Part shown: in pieces, positions 44,858 through 57,600 of the stretch
Layout of the letters: every line of letters begins with the position of its first letter
Position numbering within the stretch: position 1 is the stretch's first letter
From: Scenedesmus sp. PABB004
Lineage: Eukaryota
Reading direction: 5' to 3'
Length of the DNA: 64,000 bases
Assembly (NCBI GenBank): GCA_014905635.1
Contig: JABVCE010000023.1
Span: 186,001-250,000 of the forward strand
Notes under the pieces: model-generated
What the model saw: only the letters and a program-made list of their open reading frames with translations
Told to the model about the DNA's origin: nothing
Databases searched by the model: none
Translations under genes and position numbers: made by a program

Positions 44858-47813
44858 AGCGCAGCAGCAGCAGCCCGCGGCGCAGCAGCACCCGCCGGCG
44901 CAGCCCGAACAGCAGCAGCAGCCCCGGATCAGCTTTGGCTTCCCCATGCAGGCGCCGGCGCAGCAGCCCGCCGCGCTGCCGGTGTCGCAGCCGGCCGGCA
45001 ACCCGCTGCTTGCGTCAAGCTGGGCGGCCAAGTTCCAGGCGGCCGCGGGCGGCGGCGCCACGCCCGGCTTTGGCGCGCCGGCGGAGACGGCGGACGCCAC
45101 GCCGCAGCCGGCGTCGCCGGGCCTGCCCAAGTGGGGCACCGTGAGCAAGGCGGGCGGCGGTGGGGCGGGCGCGAGCCCCTCGAGCCCGGTGTTTGCGTTT
45201 GACGCCATGGCCGCGAGCCCCGACGCGGCGGCGCTGCCGCCGGGCTGCGACCCGGCGCTGCTCGCGGACCACGTCAAGGCGGCGGCGGAGGTGCCGCTGC
45301 CGTCGGACTCTGACGAGGAGGGGGAGGCAGAGAAGGAGGAGGAGGAGCCCGCGGCCGCCGCCGCCGCGGAGCAGGAGCAGCAGCCCGAGCAGTCGCCGGC
45401 GCGGCCGCAAGAGGCCCAGGGCGCGGGCGCCGGCGCCGCGGCATGGCAGCAGGCGCCGCCCGCGGAGGCCGTGAAGACCGCCGCAGCGTTCTGGGGGGCG
45501 AGCCCCGTGGGCAAGCCCACGAGCCCCGCGGCGGACGGCGGCGGCGCGGCGCCGGCGGCGGCAGACGGGCCCGCTGCCACGGGCGGCAAGCGGCGGGGCG
45601 TGTTCTCTGCGTTTGACGCAGTCAGCGAGGAGGACGAGGAGGAGGCCGCCGGCGCGGCCGGCGAGCAGCAGGGCAAGCAGCCGCAGGAGGCCGCCCAGCC
45701 GGCGGCGGCGGCGGAGGCCCCGGCGGAGGCCGCGGCGGAGGCCGCCGAGCAGCCGCGCAAGCGCTTTGCGCGCTCGCCGGCGGCCACGGCCCTCGCGGCG
45801 GCGGGCGAGCCCGGCGACAGCCCCGCCGCCACCAAGCCGGCCTTTGGCGGCGGCGCCGGCGCGGCGGACGGGGAGCCGGCGCTGCCGTTTGGCTCGCCGT
45901 TTGTCGCGCCCAAGCCCGCGGCCAAGCCTGCTGGCGACGGCGCGCCCGTGTTTGGCGCGCCGGCGGCGGGTAGCTTTGGCGGCTTCAGCGCTGGCTTCGG
46001 CGCGGCGACGCCGGCGGCCAGCGGCGGCAGCGGTTTCAGCTTTGGAGCGCCGGGCAGCGCCCCGGCGGCGGCGCAGCCGGCGGCCGCGCCGGCCAAGCCG
46101 GCGGCGGCGGAGCCGGCTGCCGACGCGGGCAAGGCGCCGACGCAGCCGGCGCAGCAGCCGGAGCAGCAGCAGCAGCCGGAGCAGCCGGCCGCCGCGACGC
46201 CGGCTGCGACGCCGACGGCGCCCACGCCCGCCGGCAGCTTTTCGTTCGGCGCGCTGGCCGCCAAGCCGGCGGACGCGCCCGCCGCCGCGCCGCCCGCGTT
46301 TGGCGGCTTTGGTGCCGCCAGCGAGGCGGCAGCGGGCGTTGCTGACAAGGCGCCGGCTGACGCCGCGCCCAAGCCGGCGTTCTCGTTTGGCGCGCCGGCC
46401 GGCGGCGCAGCTCTTGCCAGCAGCAGCGGCGCTGCTGGCAGCGGTGCGGCGCCGGCGCCGGCGGCCTTCAGCTTTGGGGCGCCCGCCGCGGCGAGCGAGG
46501 CCGCGGCGGCCTCGGCGCCGGCCGCCACATCAACGCCCGCGTTTGGCGGCTTTGGCGCCGCCGCCCCTGCGCCCGCGGCGCCCCCGGGCGGGGGCTTCTC
46601 CTTTGGCGCGCCCGCCGGCTCGGCCGCCGCGCCCGCGCCGGCGGCGGCCGCCAGCTCGGCGGCGCCGGCGGGCGGGGGCATGAGCTTTTCGTTTGGCGCG
46701 GCGCCCGCGGCCGGCGCGGCGGGCAGCGCTCCCGCCTTTGGCAGCGGCGGCGGCGCGGCGCTGGGCGCGCCCGCGGGCGGCGCGCCCGCGTTTGGCGCCG
46801 CCAGCAGCGGCGGCGGCGCGGCCGCCGCGCCGGCGTTCTCATTTGGCGGTGCCGGCAGCGGCGCCCTGTCGCCCGCGGGCTCGGCCGGCGCGCCCGCGCC
46901 CGCGCCCGCGCCGGCATTGTCGGCCGCCCCGGCGTTCAGCTTTGGCGCGCCCGCCGCCGCCGGGGGCTCGGCGCCTGCGCCCGCCAGCGCGCCTGGGTTT
47001 GGCTTTGGCGGCAGCGGCAGCGGCAGCCTGCTGGGCGCCGCGCCGGCCGGCTTTGGCGTGGCGCCACCCGCGGGCGCGCCGGCGGCGACGGCGGGCTTTT
47101 CGTTCGGCGGCGCGCCCGCGGGGCCCGCCCCCGCAGCGGTGGTGGCCGCCGGCACGGCGCCGGCGTTCTCGTTCGGCGGCGCGCCCGCGGGCGGCGCACC
47201 GGCGGCCAACCCGTTTGGCGCGCCGGCGGCCGCGGCGCCCAGCTTTGCGTTTGGCGCGGCCAGCGCGGCGGCGCCCGCGGCGCCCTCGCCGTTTGGCGCG
47301 CCCGCCACGGGCGGCTTTGGCAGCGGCGCGCCCGCCCCAGCGGCCCCCGCGCCGGCGTTCAGCTTTGGCGGCGCGCCGGCGCCCGCGCCGTTCGGCGGCG
47401 GCGGCGGCGGCTTTGGCGCGCCGCAGCAGCCCGCGCCGGGGCCGTTTGGGCAGCCGCAGCAGCCCGCCGCGCCGGCGCCGCCGGCATTTGGCTTTGGAGC
47501 GGCCGCCGGCGCGCCGCAGCAGCAGCAGCAGGCGCCCGCGCAGTTTGGCGGTTTCGCGTTTGGCGGCGCGGCGCCGCAGCAGCAGCAGCAGCAGCAGCAG
47601 CAGCCCGCTGCGCCGGCGTTTGGCGCGGCCTTTGGCGCCCCGCAGCAGCAGGCCGCGCCGCCCGCGTTTGGCGGGTTTGGCAGCGGCGGCGGCGCCGCGC
47701 CGGACGCTGGCGGCGGCGACGGCGGCGCGATGTTCACCATGGGCGCGGCGCAGCAGCAGCAGGCCGGCCACGGGCAGCGCCGCATCGTCAAGGCGCGGCG
47801 CAAGGGCCGGTGA
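42037..47813 (+). CDS. NUP1: FG-repeat nuclear basket nucleoporin (NUP1/Nup136/Nup153-like); apparent frameshift near 42541
   Basis: N-terminal RSSRYNPYARPP motif, dozens of FSFG/AFG/PFG repeats in the long last exon, and basic C-terminus RRIVKARRKGR typical of the Nup1/Nup153 family. Five GT-AG introns. Confidence 0.85.
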
Positions 47814-48070
47814 CGATGCCGCCGTTGCGCGGCCGCGGCCGCGGGCGGCGGCGCGTGTGCAGGGCGAGGGCTGTACAGGGCCGGAGCGCGGGCGGGCGAG
47901 TGGGGGCGCGGGTAGTGCAGGCGGCGGCGTGGTGTGGGCGTGCGTGCCGTGACGCGGGGCAACCGAGCGAGCGCACTCTGCGAGCGAGGCTGCTGCGGGA
48001 CACGGGCATCGAGCGGTAGCGGCAGCGTTTCACTCTTCGTTGCCGCCGGCAGCGCCCGCCACACTACCTA

Positions 48071-49023
48071 CTACGCCCAGGGCGCCTGCTGCTGCCGCCG
48101 CGGCGGCGCCGCCGCGGCCGCCGCCGCCGCCCGCGCAGCGAGATTGCCAAACAGCCGGTTCCCCGAAATGTGGGCGATGGTGGTGTACTCGGGCTCCAGC
48201 ACGCTCCCGAGCAGCGCGCACGCGCCCGCGCCGCGCCAGTCGCCGCCAAACGTGAACGCCTCGCAGCGCGGCGCCGCGCGGCACGCGGCCACACACGCCT
48301 CCACGCCGGCCGCGCGCGCCGGCGCCGCGAGCGCCTCGCCCACGGCCAGGCCCGCGGGCAGGGTGTAGATGGCGAAGTCGGCGCCCATTGTCACCTTGAA
48401 CCCCAGCAGCGCGCCGGCCGGCTGCCCCGGGCCCGGTTCGTAGAGGTGCGCGCAGCCGGCGCCGCCGGGCGCGCGCCAGCTCCAGCGCGACATCACGCAG
48501 CTCGGCGGCGCCGTGCGCGCGGCGCACGCGCCCGCGCACGCCTCCTGGCTGCGCGGCCCCGGCACGCCGCGCCACGCGGCGTCGCGGCTGAGCGGCAGCG
48601 CGTCGGCGTCGTGCGGCAGCGACGCCGGGAAGCACGCGTCCTCCCCGTCCGCGCCCGCCGCCGACACGGAGCCCCGCGGGCAGGGCCGGCACGGCGCGCC
48701 GCGCGCGGCGCCGCCGTACGAGAACGAGTTGGGCGGGCACAGCCCGCACTGCGCGCCGCCGCGCCCGGGCAGGCACACTGGAGGGGCGGGGCGCGTGCAG
48801 GGAGGGGGTCGGGGGCGCGGCCGCGCGGCGCGGCGCGCGGGGCCTGCCGCGGGCCGCCGCGGGCGGCGCGCTCAGCGCGCGCGCTCACGCTCGCAGTCGT
48901 CGGCCGAGGTCGACTCGGACGCCTGCGTCGTGAATCCCGGCGGGCAGGGCGCGCAACGCCCTCCGCTGGCAAACGTGCCGCGCTCGCAGGGGCGCGGCGC
49001 GCCGGCGTCGGGGGCGCCCCTGC

Positions 49024-49055
<32 letters not shown>

Positions 49056-49230
49056 TGATCCCGGCGGCCAGCGGCTGGAGCAGGGGAGCCAGCTGCGCCC
49101 CGAAACAGGTGCCGGCAGCGCCCCAGGGCGGCGGGCGGCCGCGGTTGGCTCACCAGCCGGGCGGCGCCGCTGTGGAGCCGGCGGCCAGCGCGGCCAGCGC
49201 CAGCGCCGTCACCGCGGCCAGGAGGCGCAT
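48071..49230 (-). CDS. Secreted Cys-rich protein with GCC2/GCC3 (ephrin-receptor-like) repeats and PAN/apple-like modules (3 exons)
   Basis: Signal MRLLAAVTALALAALAAGSTA. Repeats PCERGTFASGGRCAPCPPGFTT...STSADDC and CRPCPRGSVS. PAN-like segments EACAGACAAR...C and EACVAACRAAPRCEAFTF...CAL. Confidence 0.75.
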
Positions 49231-49811
49231 GTGGACCGGCTGCGGGGGCGCGGGCGGCCGCGGCAGGCTGCGAACGGGGAAGCTGCTGCGGCAGCTGGTC
49301 GCGTCGGCCTGGCGCGTTGCGGGTCGGGGGGTGGTCGGCTGCGTTGCCTAGCAGACTGCGCGATTGTTGCGGCCACCGCGGGGCGCGCGCGGGGCCTGTT
49401 GAGAGCGCGCGGCGGCAACGACGGCGGCGCACGGTGAGGTTCCTGAGAGCTTTGGCTTTCGCGCCGGTCGCGGTTCCACGGAACAGCTCCCTGCGACCTG
49501 TGGGTGGGGCGGTGAAGCAGCGGCGCAGCGAGTCACCGGCGGCAGCGGCGCGCCCGCTGCTCCGCGCCGAGTCGGCCGCTGTGCTGCCGCCTCGCCCGCG
49601 GGCAGGGACGCGGGCTGAGCAGCACGCAGAGGCGCTGCCGGGGGGGGGGGGGGGGTGATCTCTCGCGTGTTGCCGGCCGCTCACCCGCCCGGCGCCGCTC
49701 CGCCGCGCCTAGTGCCCCGCCGTACGCGCCCGTCGAGGCGCGCCTCGGGGCAAACAATGGAGTTGTGGTTGCGCCCCCCCCCTGCCCCCACACCGCACAC
49801 ACAAACCCTGC

Positions 49812-51411
49812 TCACGGCCGCTCGAGCAGCGGGTTGACGGCGTTGAGCTCCACCGTGTGCAGCAGGCCCGGGTCGTCGCCGCCGTCGGACGACGCGCGCG
49901 CGCTGCTGAGCCGCGCGGCGCGCGCGGGCCGGCCGCTCGCCGCGCCCGCGCCCGCGCCCGCCGCCGCCGCGACGGCCGCCGCGACGGCCGCCGCGACCGC
50001 CGCCGCGGGCAGCGCGGCGATGCGCTCCCCGCCGCCGCCGCCGCTGCCGCCGCGCGCCGCCACCGCCGCCGCCGCCTTGGCCTTGGCCGCCGCGCGCTCG
50101 TCCGCCTCGAGCGCCGCGAGCTGCTCGCCGTAGCTCGCCTCGACCGCCGCGAGGCGCTCGTACTTGCTGGCCCAGGTGTTGGCCACGAACGAGTCAATGA
50201 AGAGCTGCATGATGTAGAAGACGATGCAGGGGATGGTGATCAGCCCCAGGTTGCCGACCGAGGCGGGGTCAAAGTAGGAGATGATCACCGCCGCGGTGGG
50301 CAGGTTCTTCTGGCTGCGCGGCGGCACGCGACATGTGTGCGTGCGCGGGCGGCTGTCGGTGCGCGCGCGCGCGCGCGCGAGCAAGGGCGCGCTCGCGGCG
50401 ACCGCGGGCGGCAGCGCTGGCCGCTAGCGGGCCCTCCGCCGCGCGGCACAGCGCCGCGCCGCGCGCCTGCACATGATGATGATGGCCTTGCGCTCCAGCT
50501 CGGGGAAGCGCAGCAGCCAGGTGGCGGTCATGTTGAACATGAGCAGCGCAAAGTGCAGCAGGATCGCCGCCAGGCCTGCGCGCGCCACGGCGGCGCCGGC
50601 GTCGGCAGCGGCGCGCAGCCAGCGCGCGACTGCCTTGGCGCGGCCGCCGCGCACCCGCGAGCAGCACGTTGCCGAGCTCCTGCTCCACCAGCACCTGCCG
50701 CGCCGAGGAGAGCTTCTGCCAGACGATCATGGTGATCTGCAGGTTGTTTATGAGGTACAGCGGGACCTGCGGGCAGCAGCGCGCGCAGCGGCGGCGGCGG
50801 GCGCGGCCGGCCGGCCCACGTGGGCGGCCGCGCGGCGCGGCGCGGCGGCCTAGCTGGTCCCCGCGCGCGCGGCGCGGCGCGGCGGCCCCGGTCCCGGTCC
50901 CCGCGCGCGCCTTGAAGCGCGCCACGTTGCGCACGGGCGGCAGCGCCTCGCGCAGCGCCTTGCCGAGCAGCACGGGCGCGAGGATGCTGACGCCGAGCTT
51001 GACGAGCAGGTCGGCGCTGTCGACGCGCGCGTCGGTCTGGCTGCCGAGCACCAGCTTGACCGCGAGCGGCGCGGTGAGGATGCCGGCGATGTTGCCCGCC
51101 ACGGTGAAGAGCAGCGCGAGCGCGCCGTTGCCGTAGCCCTGGATCACGAGCGTCACGCCGCTGCTGAGGCTCGTCGGCACGCACGCCATGATCGCGAGCC
51201 CGAGCGCAAACTCGTACGGCCGGAACGGCAGCAGCATGCAGAGGAAGCCGAAGAGCGGCGTCAGCACCAGGATGGACGACAGCCCAAACGCGATCGCGCG
51301 CCACGCCTTGAGCGCGAGGAGCAGCTCCGAGGTGTCGAGCGTGACGCCAAAGATGAAAAAGATGACCGCCATGTTGGCCGTCGTCACCACCTTCCAGCCG
51401 TTGACCTGGCG

Positions 51412-51473
<62 letters not shown>

Positions 51474-51990
51474 CCGCGCGTCGCGCGCGCGTCGGGCGAG
51501 CGGCACGCGCGGCCGGCGGCTGGTGTTGCTGGGCGCGCACCATCCAGTGCGCCACGTGCGCGCCGGGCTTGGGCCAGGTCATGGAGACGATGATGGCCAG
51601 CAGGAAGCCTGCGGCCGGCCGCGCGCCGTCAGCCGCGAGGCGCTGCGGCCAGCGCTGGCGCGCGACCGGGCCAGCGCGGCTCGCGCCGGCCAGCTCCAGC
51701 CCCGCAGCGCGCACCCAGGGACAGGCTCTGCTTGAAAAACCATTTCAGCGCCTTCTCCCTGCGCGCACGGCGCCCGGCCAGGGCGAGCGGCGCCGGTCAG
51801 CGCGCGACGCGGGCGCCGCTGCTGCTGCCCCTTTCGCGGCAGCTGTCCGCTGCGCGGCCACGCGCCCTCGCTCCGAGCGCGCCGGCCGCGGGCCTGGCCG
51901 CGCGCCTCGGCCGTGCTGCGGGCGCGGGCGCGGGCGCTGCGGCGCAGCCTGCGCGCTCGCGCACTTGGTTATGCGCTCGCGCCACCCCAT
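49812..51990 (-). CDS. BASS4: Sodium/metabolite (bile acid:Na+ symporter family, BASS4/SLC10A7-like) cotransporter, 7 exons
   Basis: IFFIFGVTL, GLAIMACVPTSLSSGVTL...GNGALALLFTVAGNIAGI, ERKAIIIMC|SQKNLP, GLITIPCIVFYIMQLFIDS, with many TM segments. Introns 50767-50910 and 50314-50466 are GC-AG. Confidence 0.9.
51413..51472. repeat. Intronic (GGC)n microsatellite
   Basis: About 19 perfect GGC units next to an acceptor of the BASS gene. Confidence 0.9.
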
Positions 51991-52408
51991 TCTGGCGAGC
52001 GCTGCTCCAGGGAAGAGGTCGCGTCTATCGCCGGCCCCGCGCGCGTGTGGGCGGCCCCGCCGAGCGGCGCGGCCGAGCTGCTGCTCGCCCGGCGCGGCGC
52101 CCTGTGTGCCCGGCTGCCTTGCGCGCTGCTGGTGTGCGTGCGGCGGGCGGCTTGCGCGGCGGCGGCTGGTGCTCGTCGCTGAGCGCAGGCCGGGCGCGCC
52201 CGGGCAAAGACAAACCTGCCAGAGCGTGGTCAAACTGCCGGTCAACGCGCGCGAGGCCGCGCTTGCAGCGGCGCGCCGGCGCTGTGTGCTGCCGGACAGC
52301 GCCACGCTGCCCGCCCGCGCCGCGCCGCGCTGCCCGCCCGCGGCGGCACCCCGCCGCCGCCGCCCGGGCGCCGCCCGGCCGCTGCCCGGCGGCCGCCGCT
52401 GCTCCGGC

Positions 52409-53903
52409 TCAGCCAAAGTAGATGGAGAGCACGAAGCGCGTGGGGTTGAACCCCGTGAGCACCGCAAACGGCACCGCCACAAAGATGAGCCCCACCGGCC
52501 ACAGGAACACCTGCGCGCGGCGCGGCGCGTGGTGGGCGGACGCAAGCGGACGGCCACAGGCGCCCGCGAGGCCCTGCGCCCCGCGCAGCTCCCCGCCGCC
52601 ACTGCCGCGCATGCCCCGCGTGCCGCGCGCGCGCCTCTGTGCGTTCCAAGAAGGGCAGCGCCGAGTAGCCGAGGAAGTTCAGGTAGTGGTAGTAGCTCAG
52701 CGACGCGGCGTACAGCGCGACCGACAGCGACGACCCCACGAAGCCCCGCCAGAGCAGGAAGGGGCTGACCAGGAACTGCAGCACTGCGCGGCGCGGGAGG
52801 CAGGGAGGGATGCGGAGGGAGGGAGCGGTGTGGGCGACGGGCGGCGCGGCCGCGGCGCGCCGCGTGCTCCCGCGGCGCGCGTCTCAAGCGGGCGGCTAAA
52901 CCCTCGCCCCACCGTAGAGCAGGAGGAAGAGGGGGAAGTAGGAGTTGCAATGCACGTCAAACGCGTACAGCCTGCGGCGCGCAGGGCACAGAGCAGCACG
53001 CGACGCGCGGCAGCGGACGGCGACAGCGCATCAGCGGGCGGCGCGCGGCGGCCGCCGCGCGAGCCGCGCCGCCGCCCAACGGCCGCCGCGCCGCGCCGCG
53101 CGCGCACCACTCCAGGTGCTGCTCGACTTGGTGCTGCGGGAGGTTCTTCTTGCGGAGGAAGCGGTTGGCAATGAACCTGCGGCGCGGCGCCGCTCAGCGC
53201 CGCACGCTGCTGCTGCTCGCCACCGCTGCCGCTAGCTGGGGCCCAGGCTGGCCGCGGCGGCCAGCGGCAGGCCCGGCGGCGGCGCGGCGCGCACCAGCCC
53301 GCGGTCGCGATGGCGATGCCGAGCAGCAGGCAGTCCACCAGCACCGCCGACACGATCGTCAGCAGCGAGTGCCAGAGGTTGTCGCCGTATCTGCGGCGCC
53401 GCAGCAGCGCGCGTCGGGCACCGGCGCAGCGCGCGCTCGCCGCCGGCCGCCCGCTGCCGCTGGCCCGGCAGCCCCCTGCCGCTGGCCGGACCGCTGCCCG
53501 CGGACCCGCCGGCCCGCCGCCTGCTCACGTGATGCAGTACGCGGTCGCCGCCAGCGCCACGAGCAGGCAGAGCACGACCACGAACGCGGGGTCGTCGCGC
53601 GCCCACTGGTTCTTGGTCTGCTTGTGGTACGACGTGTGCCGGTACGCCGTCTTGGGCGATATGCACAGCTGCAGCATCAGCCAGAACGTGTACCTGCGCG
53701 GCCGCCGCGCGGCGGGCCGCGTCGCCGCGCGCGGCAGCGGCGCCGCGGGCGCTGCGCGCGCCCCCTCCCCCGCGGCGCCGCACGCACTCAAAGTCCATCT
53801 GCCGCGGCTTGACGATGCGCCGGAAGTAGGTGCTAAAGTAGGCGTGGCCCTTGGCGGCGCGGCGCGGCGCGCCCGCCGCCGCCGCTGCTGTCGTCGGCAG
53901 CAT
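52409..53903 (-). CDS. UNC50: UNC-50/Gmh1 Golgi membrane protein, 7 exons
   Basis: MLPT...YFRRIVKPRQMDFE|YTFWLMLQLCISPKTAYRHTSYHKQTKNQWARDDPAFVV...VEW|LYAFDVHCNSYFP...YHYLNFLGYSALPFLERTE|VFLWP. Last intron 52511-52634 is GC-AG. Confidence 0.96.
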
Positions 53904-54602
53904 CGCCCCCCGCGCCCCGCCGGGCCGCGCCCCCGGCCCGACCGCCCGGCACGGGCGCTCTCAGGCCTCTCTCAGCGATCGCCGAGTGGCGGGGCGTGCG
54001 GAGCGCGCCGGGGGCCGCAACCGTCTCGGTTTGCTGCCCTGCCCAGGCGCCTGCGCTGCCCCGTTCGCGCCGCCGCGGCGGGTGGGCGTGGCAGGCGCCG
54101 AGATCGGTCGCCGCGTCGATGCGTGGCGGGCTGCGGAGCCTGCGTGCGGGGGCACGAGCTTGCCGTCGCTCGCGGCGTGCGCTTGCGCGTGCAGCGCCGG
54201 GCGAGGAGGCCAGGGCTAGCGAGGAACTGTGACCGCGGCGGGCCGCCGCCGGCGACCGCGCGCAGCGCCGCCGCTTGCGCCGCCGCGCCTCTGCGCCGCC
54301 TGTTCCGCGGCCGCCGCCCCAGCTCGCCCGCGGGCCAGCACGCGCCCAGAGTGAGAGAAAGCTGTGGAGCGGCCGCCAGCCGCCGCGCAGCCAGCACCGC
54401 GCGCCGCGCCCCGCGCGAGCCCGCAGCGCGCGCAGCAGCAGCGCCGGGCGCGCGAGCATGCGCCGGCGGCTGACCGGCATGCCCCGCTCGCCGTCGGCCG
54501 CGCGGTAGCTGCCGCCGGGCAGGGGCGCAGCCGCCGGGGCGCGGGACCCCCCGTGCTGCCCGCACGCGGAGCAGAGGGAGGCTCGGCGCGCTGCTCGCCG
54601 CG

Positions 54603-57600
54603 ATGGCGCGCAAGGCGTTCGTGGTGGACACCATCGCCGGCGCCATCGCCCCGGCGCCGGAGCAGCGGGTGCGGCGGCGCGGCGGGCCGGCGGCGCCGGA
54701 GCAGCGGGCGCGCGAGCGATCTCGCGCCGACGCGCTGCCGCGCTCCGCGACCAGGCGGCGTACGCTGACTACATCGGCCGCGATGACAGCGGCGCCATTG
54801 CCGCGTTCCTGGACGACCCGAGCGCGGCCATCCTGCAGGCGCGCGAGCAAGCGCGCCGCGCCGCCGCGCGGCGCGCGCGTTTGACCGGCGGCGCTGCTCA
54901 CGCCGCCGCGCGCAGGTCAGCATCGCCAAGTCGGCGGGCGGGCAGCTGCAGGTGCGGCTGACCAATGCGCCCGACTTCCCGGCGGCGTGCGTCTATCAGG
55001 TGCGCCGTCATGGCAGCGGCCGCGGCCGCGCCGGCACGCGCCGCTGCCGCTGCCGCCGGCAACGCGCCGCGCGGCCGCCGCAGCTGACGCTGAGCAAGGT
55101 GCGCCCCGGGCCGCTGGCGCTGGCGGACGTCCCGGGCGGCGTCGCGCTGTCCACGGTCGTCAACTCGCCGCTCAGCAGCCTGCTGCACTCGCTCAGCGCG
55201 GTCTTCTGCCCCCTCCTCGGCGTCGAGCTGGGCGGCGGCGGCCAGCAGCAGCGCAGGCCGCAGCCACCGCAGGTGGAGCCCAAGCTGGCGGAGATGCTGC
55301 TGGCCGTGCAGGCGGGCCTGGGCAAGGCGGTGCGCGGCGCCGGGCAGGTGCGGCGCGCTGCGCTGCGCGGACGGCGGTTGGCGGCAGCGGCAGCGCGCGC
55401 CTGCACCCGCGCTGCGCCCCCGCCGCCCGCGAGCCCCGCCGCCACGCGCCCCGCCGCCGCTCGCCCGCAGTCGGCGGTCGGCGGCGCTGCGTCGGGCCTG
55501 CAGGAGATCCTGACGCCCCTGGACGAGCTGCAGTTCTGGGCGGATGCCGCCGCCGACACCACGGCTGCAGGCGCGCGCCGCCGCCGCCGCGTGCCGTGCG
55601 CGGCGCAGCTGCCGGCGCCGGCTGAGCCCCGCCGCGCCTGCCGCAGGCGCGCCGGCCAGGGCGGCGGCGCGGCAGGTGCTCGACCAGCTCGACGCGCTGC
55701 GCCAGCCGCTGCTGGGCCTCGCCGAGGGCCGGCTGGAGGGCGAGTGGGAGGGCGCGCTCGAGCTGATGGGGCGCGTCGGCGACGCCCTGCGCCAGGTGCG
55801 TGGGCGTGCGCGCGGCGTGCCGCGTGCGCCAGCTGGGGCGCGGGCACGTGCCGGCCTGCACGCCCGCAGACCTCCCCGGCCCTGCCCCCGACACCACGCA
55901 GGTGTGGCCGCTCAAGGCGCCGCCGTCTGGCTGGGCGTACCCGCAGCGGCGGATGCACCACCTGCTCGGCGTGATGGGCATGGCCTTCGCGACCTTTGTG
56001 CAGGTGAGGGCTGTGTGCCCGGCGCCGCGCTGGCCCGCGGGCGTCGCGCCAGGGCTGCACGCCCGCGCTGCCAGGCTGCTGAGCCGCCGCCCGCCGCCTG
56101 CCTGCTGTGGCCCACCGCTCCGCGCAGCGCAAGCTGGCGGGCGCTGACCTGTGGCGGACCTCCTTCACCCTGCTCAAGCCCAGCCTCATCGCGTCGGGGC
56201 AGCTGCTGGCGGGCTGGGCGGCCGAGGCGCGCACGCTCACGTCGGACTGGGCCGCCGGCCTTGACGGCGCGGGGCGGCGCTGGGAGGGGCCGCAGGCCGC
56301 CGACGCCTACGTGTCGGCGCTCCAGGAGCGCATTGAGCAGGTGGGGGTGCGGCCCGTGCTGGCTGGCAGCGGGCGGCCAGCAGCTCCGCCTGCGCCCACG
56401 CTGGCTGCGCCGCGCCGGGCTGGCGCAGGTCTACGGCCTGCGGGAGCTGCACGAGGAGCTGGCCGCGCTGCTCAGCCAGGAGGAGGCGGCGGCGCTGGGC
56501 CTGGGCGACGTGCTGGCGCCGTTTGCGCAGCTCGCGGCGCTGCACGTGAGCGAGTTCACCGCCCCCGCGTGGGCCGGCGCGGCAGCGGAGCACGAGCGGC
56601 GGCTGGAGGGCGTCGAGGCGCGCATCAGCGCAAAGCTCAGGGAGCTGTTTGGTGCGCGGCGCGCGGTGCCCGGCGGCGGCGCGGCGCGCGGTGCCCGGCG
56701 GCAGCGCGGCGACGCGCAGCCCTTGCCTGGGGGGCTGGCTGACCGGCGCACTGCTGACCGCTGCACCGCCGCCGTGCAGCCACTGTCATCCTGCCCAACA
56801 TGGCCCTCGCCATCGGCCAGCAGGCGGCCGGCGGCGCCGGCGCCGGCGCCGGCGGGGCTGCGGCGCACCCGCAGCAGCTGTTCCAGGAGCTTCGGCAGTA
56901 CAGCCGGCTCCTGGCGCGGCCGCGGCTGGCGGCGGTGCTGCAGGCAGAGCTGGCGGCGCTGGCCAAGCAGGTGCGTGACCTCGCTGCACACGCACGTGTG
57001 CGGGTCGGGGGCGTGCCCCAAGCCAGCAGTCGGCGCGCGGGGGTGGCTGACGCGCCGCCACGGCGCCGCCCCGCCGCCTCGGTGCCGGGTAGATCGACTC
57101 GTACCTGGAGGCCCTGCAGGGCGAGTTTGACCGCCAGCTCGACGGCCACGGCGGCTGCACTGCCAGCACCGGTCGGCTGATGCACGGTGCGGTGGCCGGC
57201 GCCGTCGGCCCGCGGGCGGGCCGCTCGGAGGGCTGCCGCCCCTGCGCCGCGCGCCACGGCCGGCGTCCCGTGCCCGGCCGCTGCCCCGCTTGCAGGCGTC
57301 GCGGGCAAGGTCTCGTGGGCCGTGCAGTGCCAGGCCAAGGCCACGAGCGTGGCGGAGCTGCTGCAGCTGTTTGTGGGCCGTGACGCGGCGCCGCCGTCGG
57401 CCGAGGGCGAGGCCGGGCGGCCCGCAGCCGCGGCGCTGCGCGGCTGCCTGGGCGCTGCGGCGGCGTTTGTCAAAACGCTGGAGGAGCACAAGCGCGAGCT
57501 GTTCCGGGGCTGGCAGGCGCGCAGACCGGCGGCGGCGGCGGCGGCTGCGGCGCGCGCAGCCCGCGCGGGCATCACGCGTCTCACGCGCTGGCTTGGCGCT

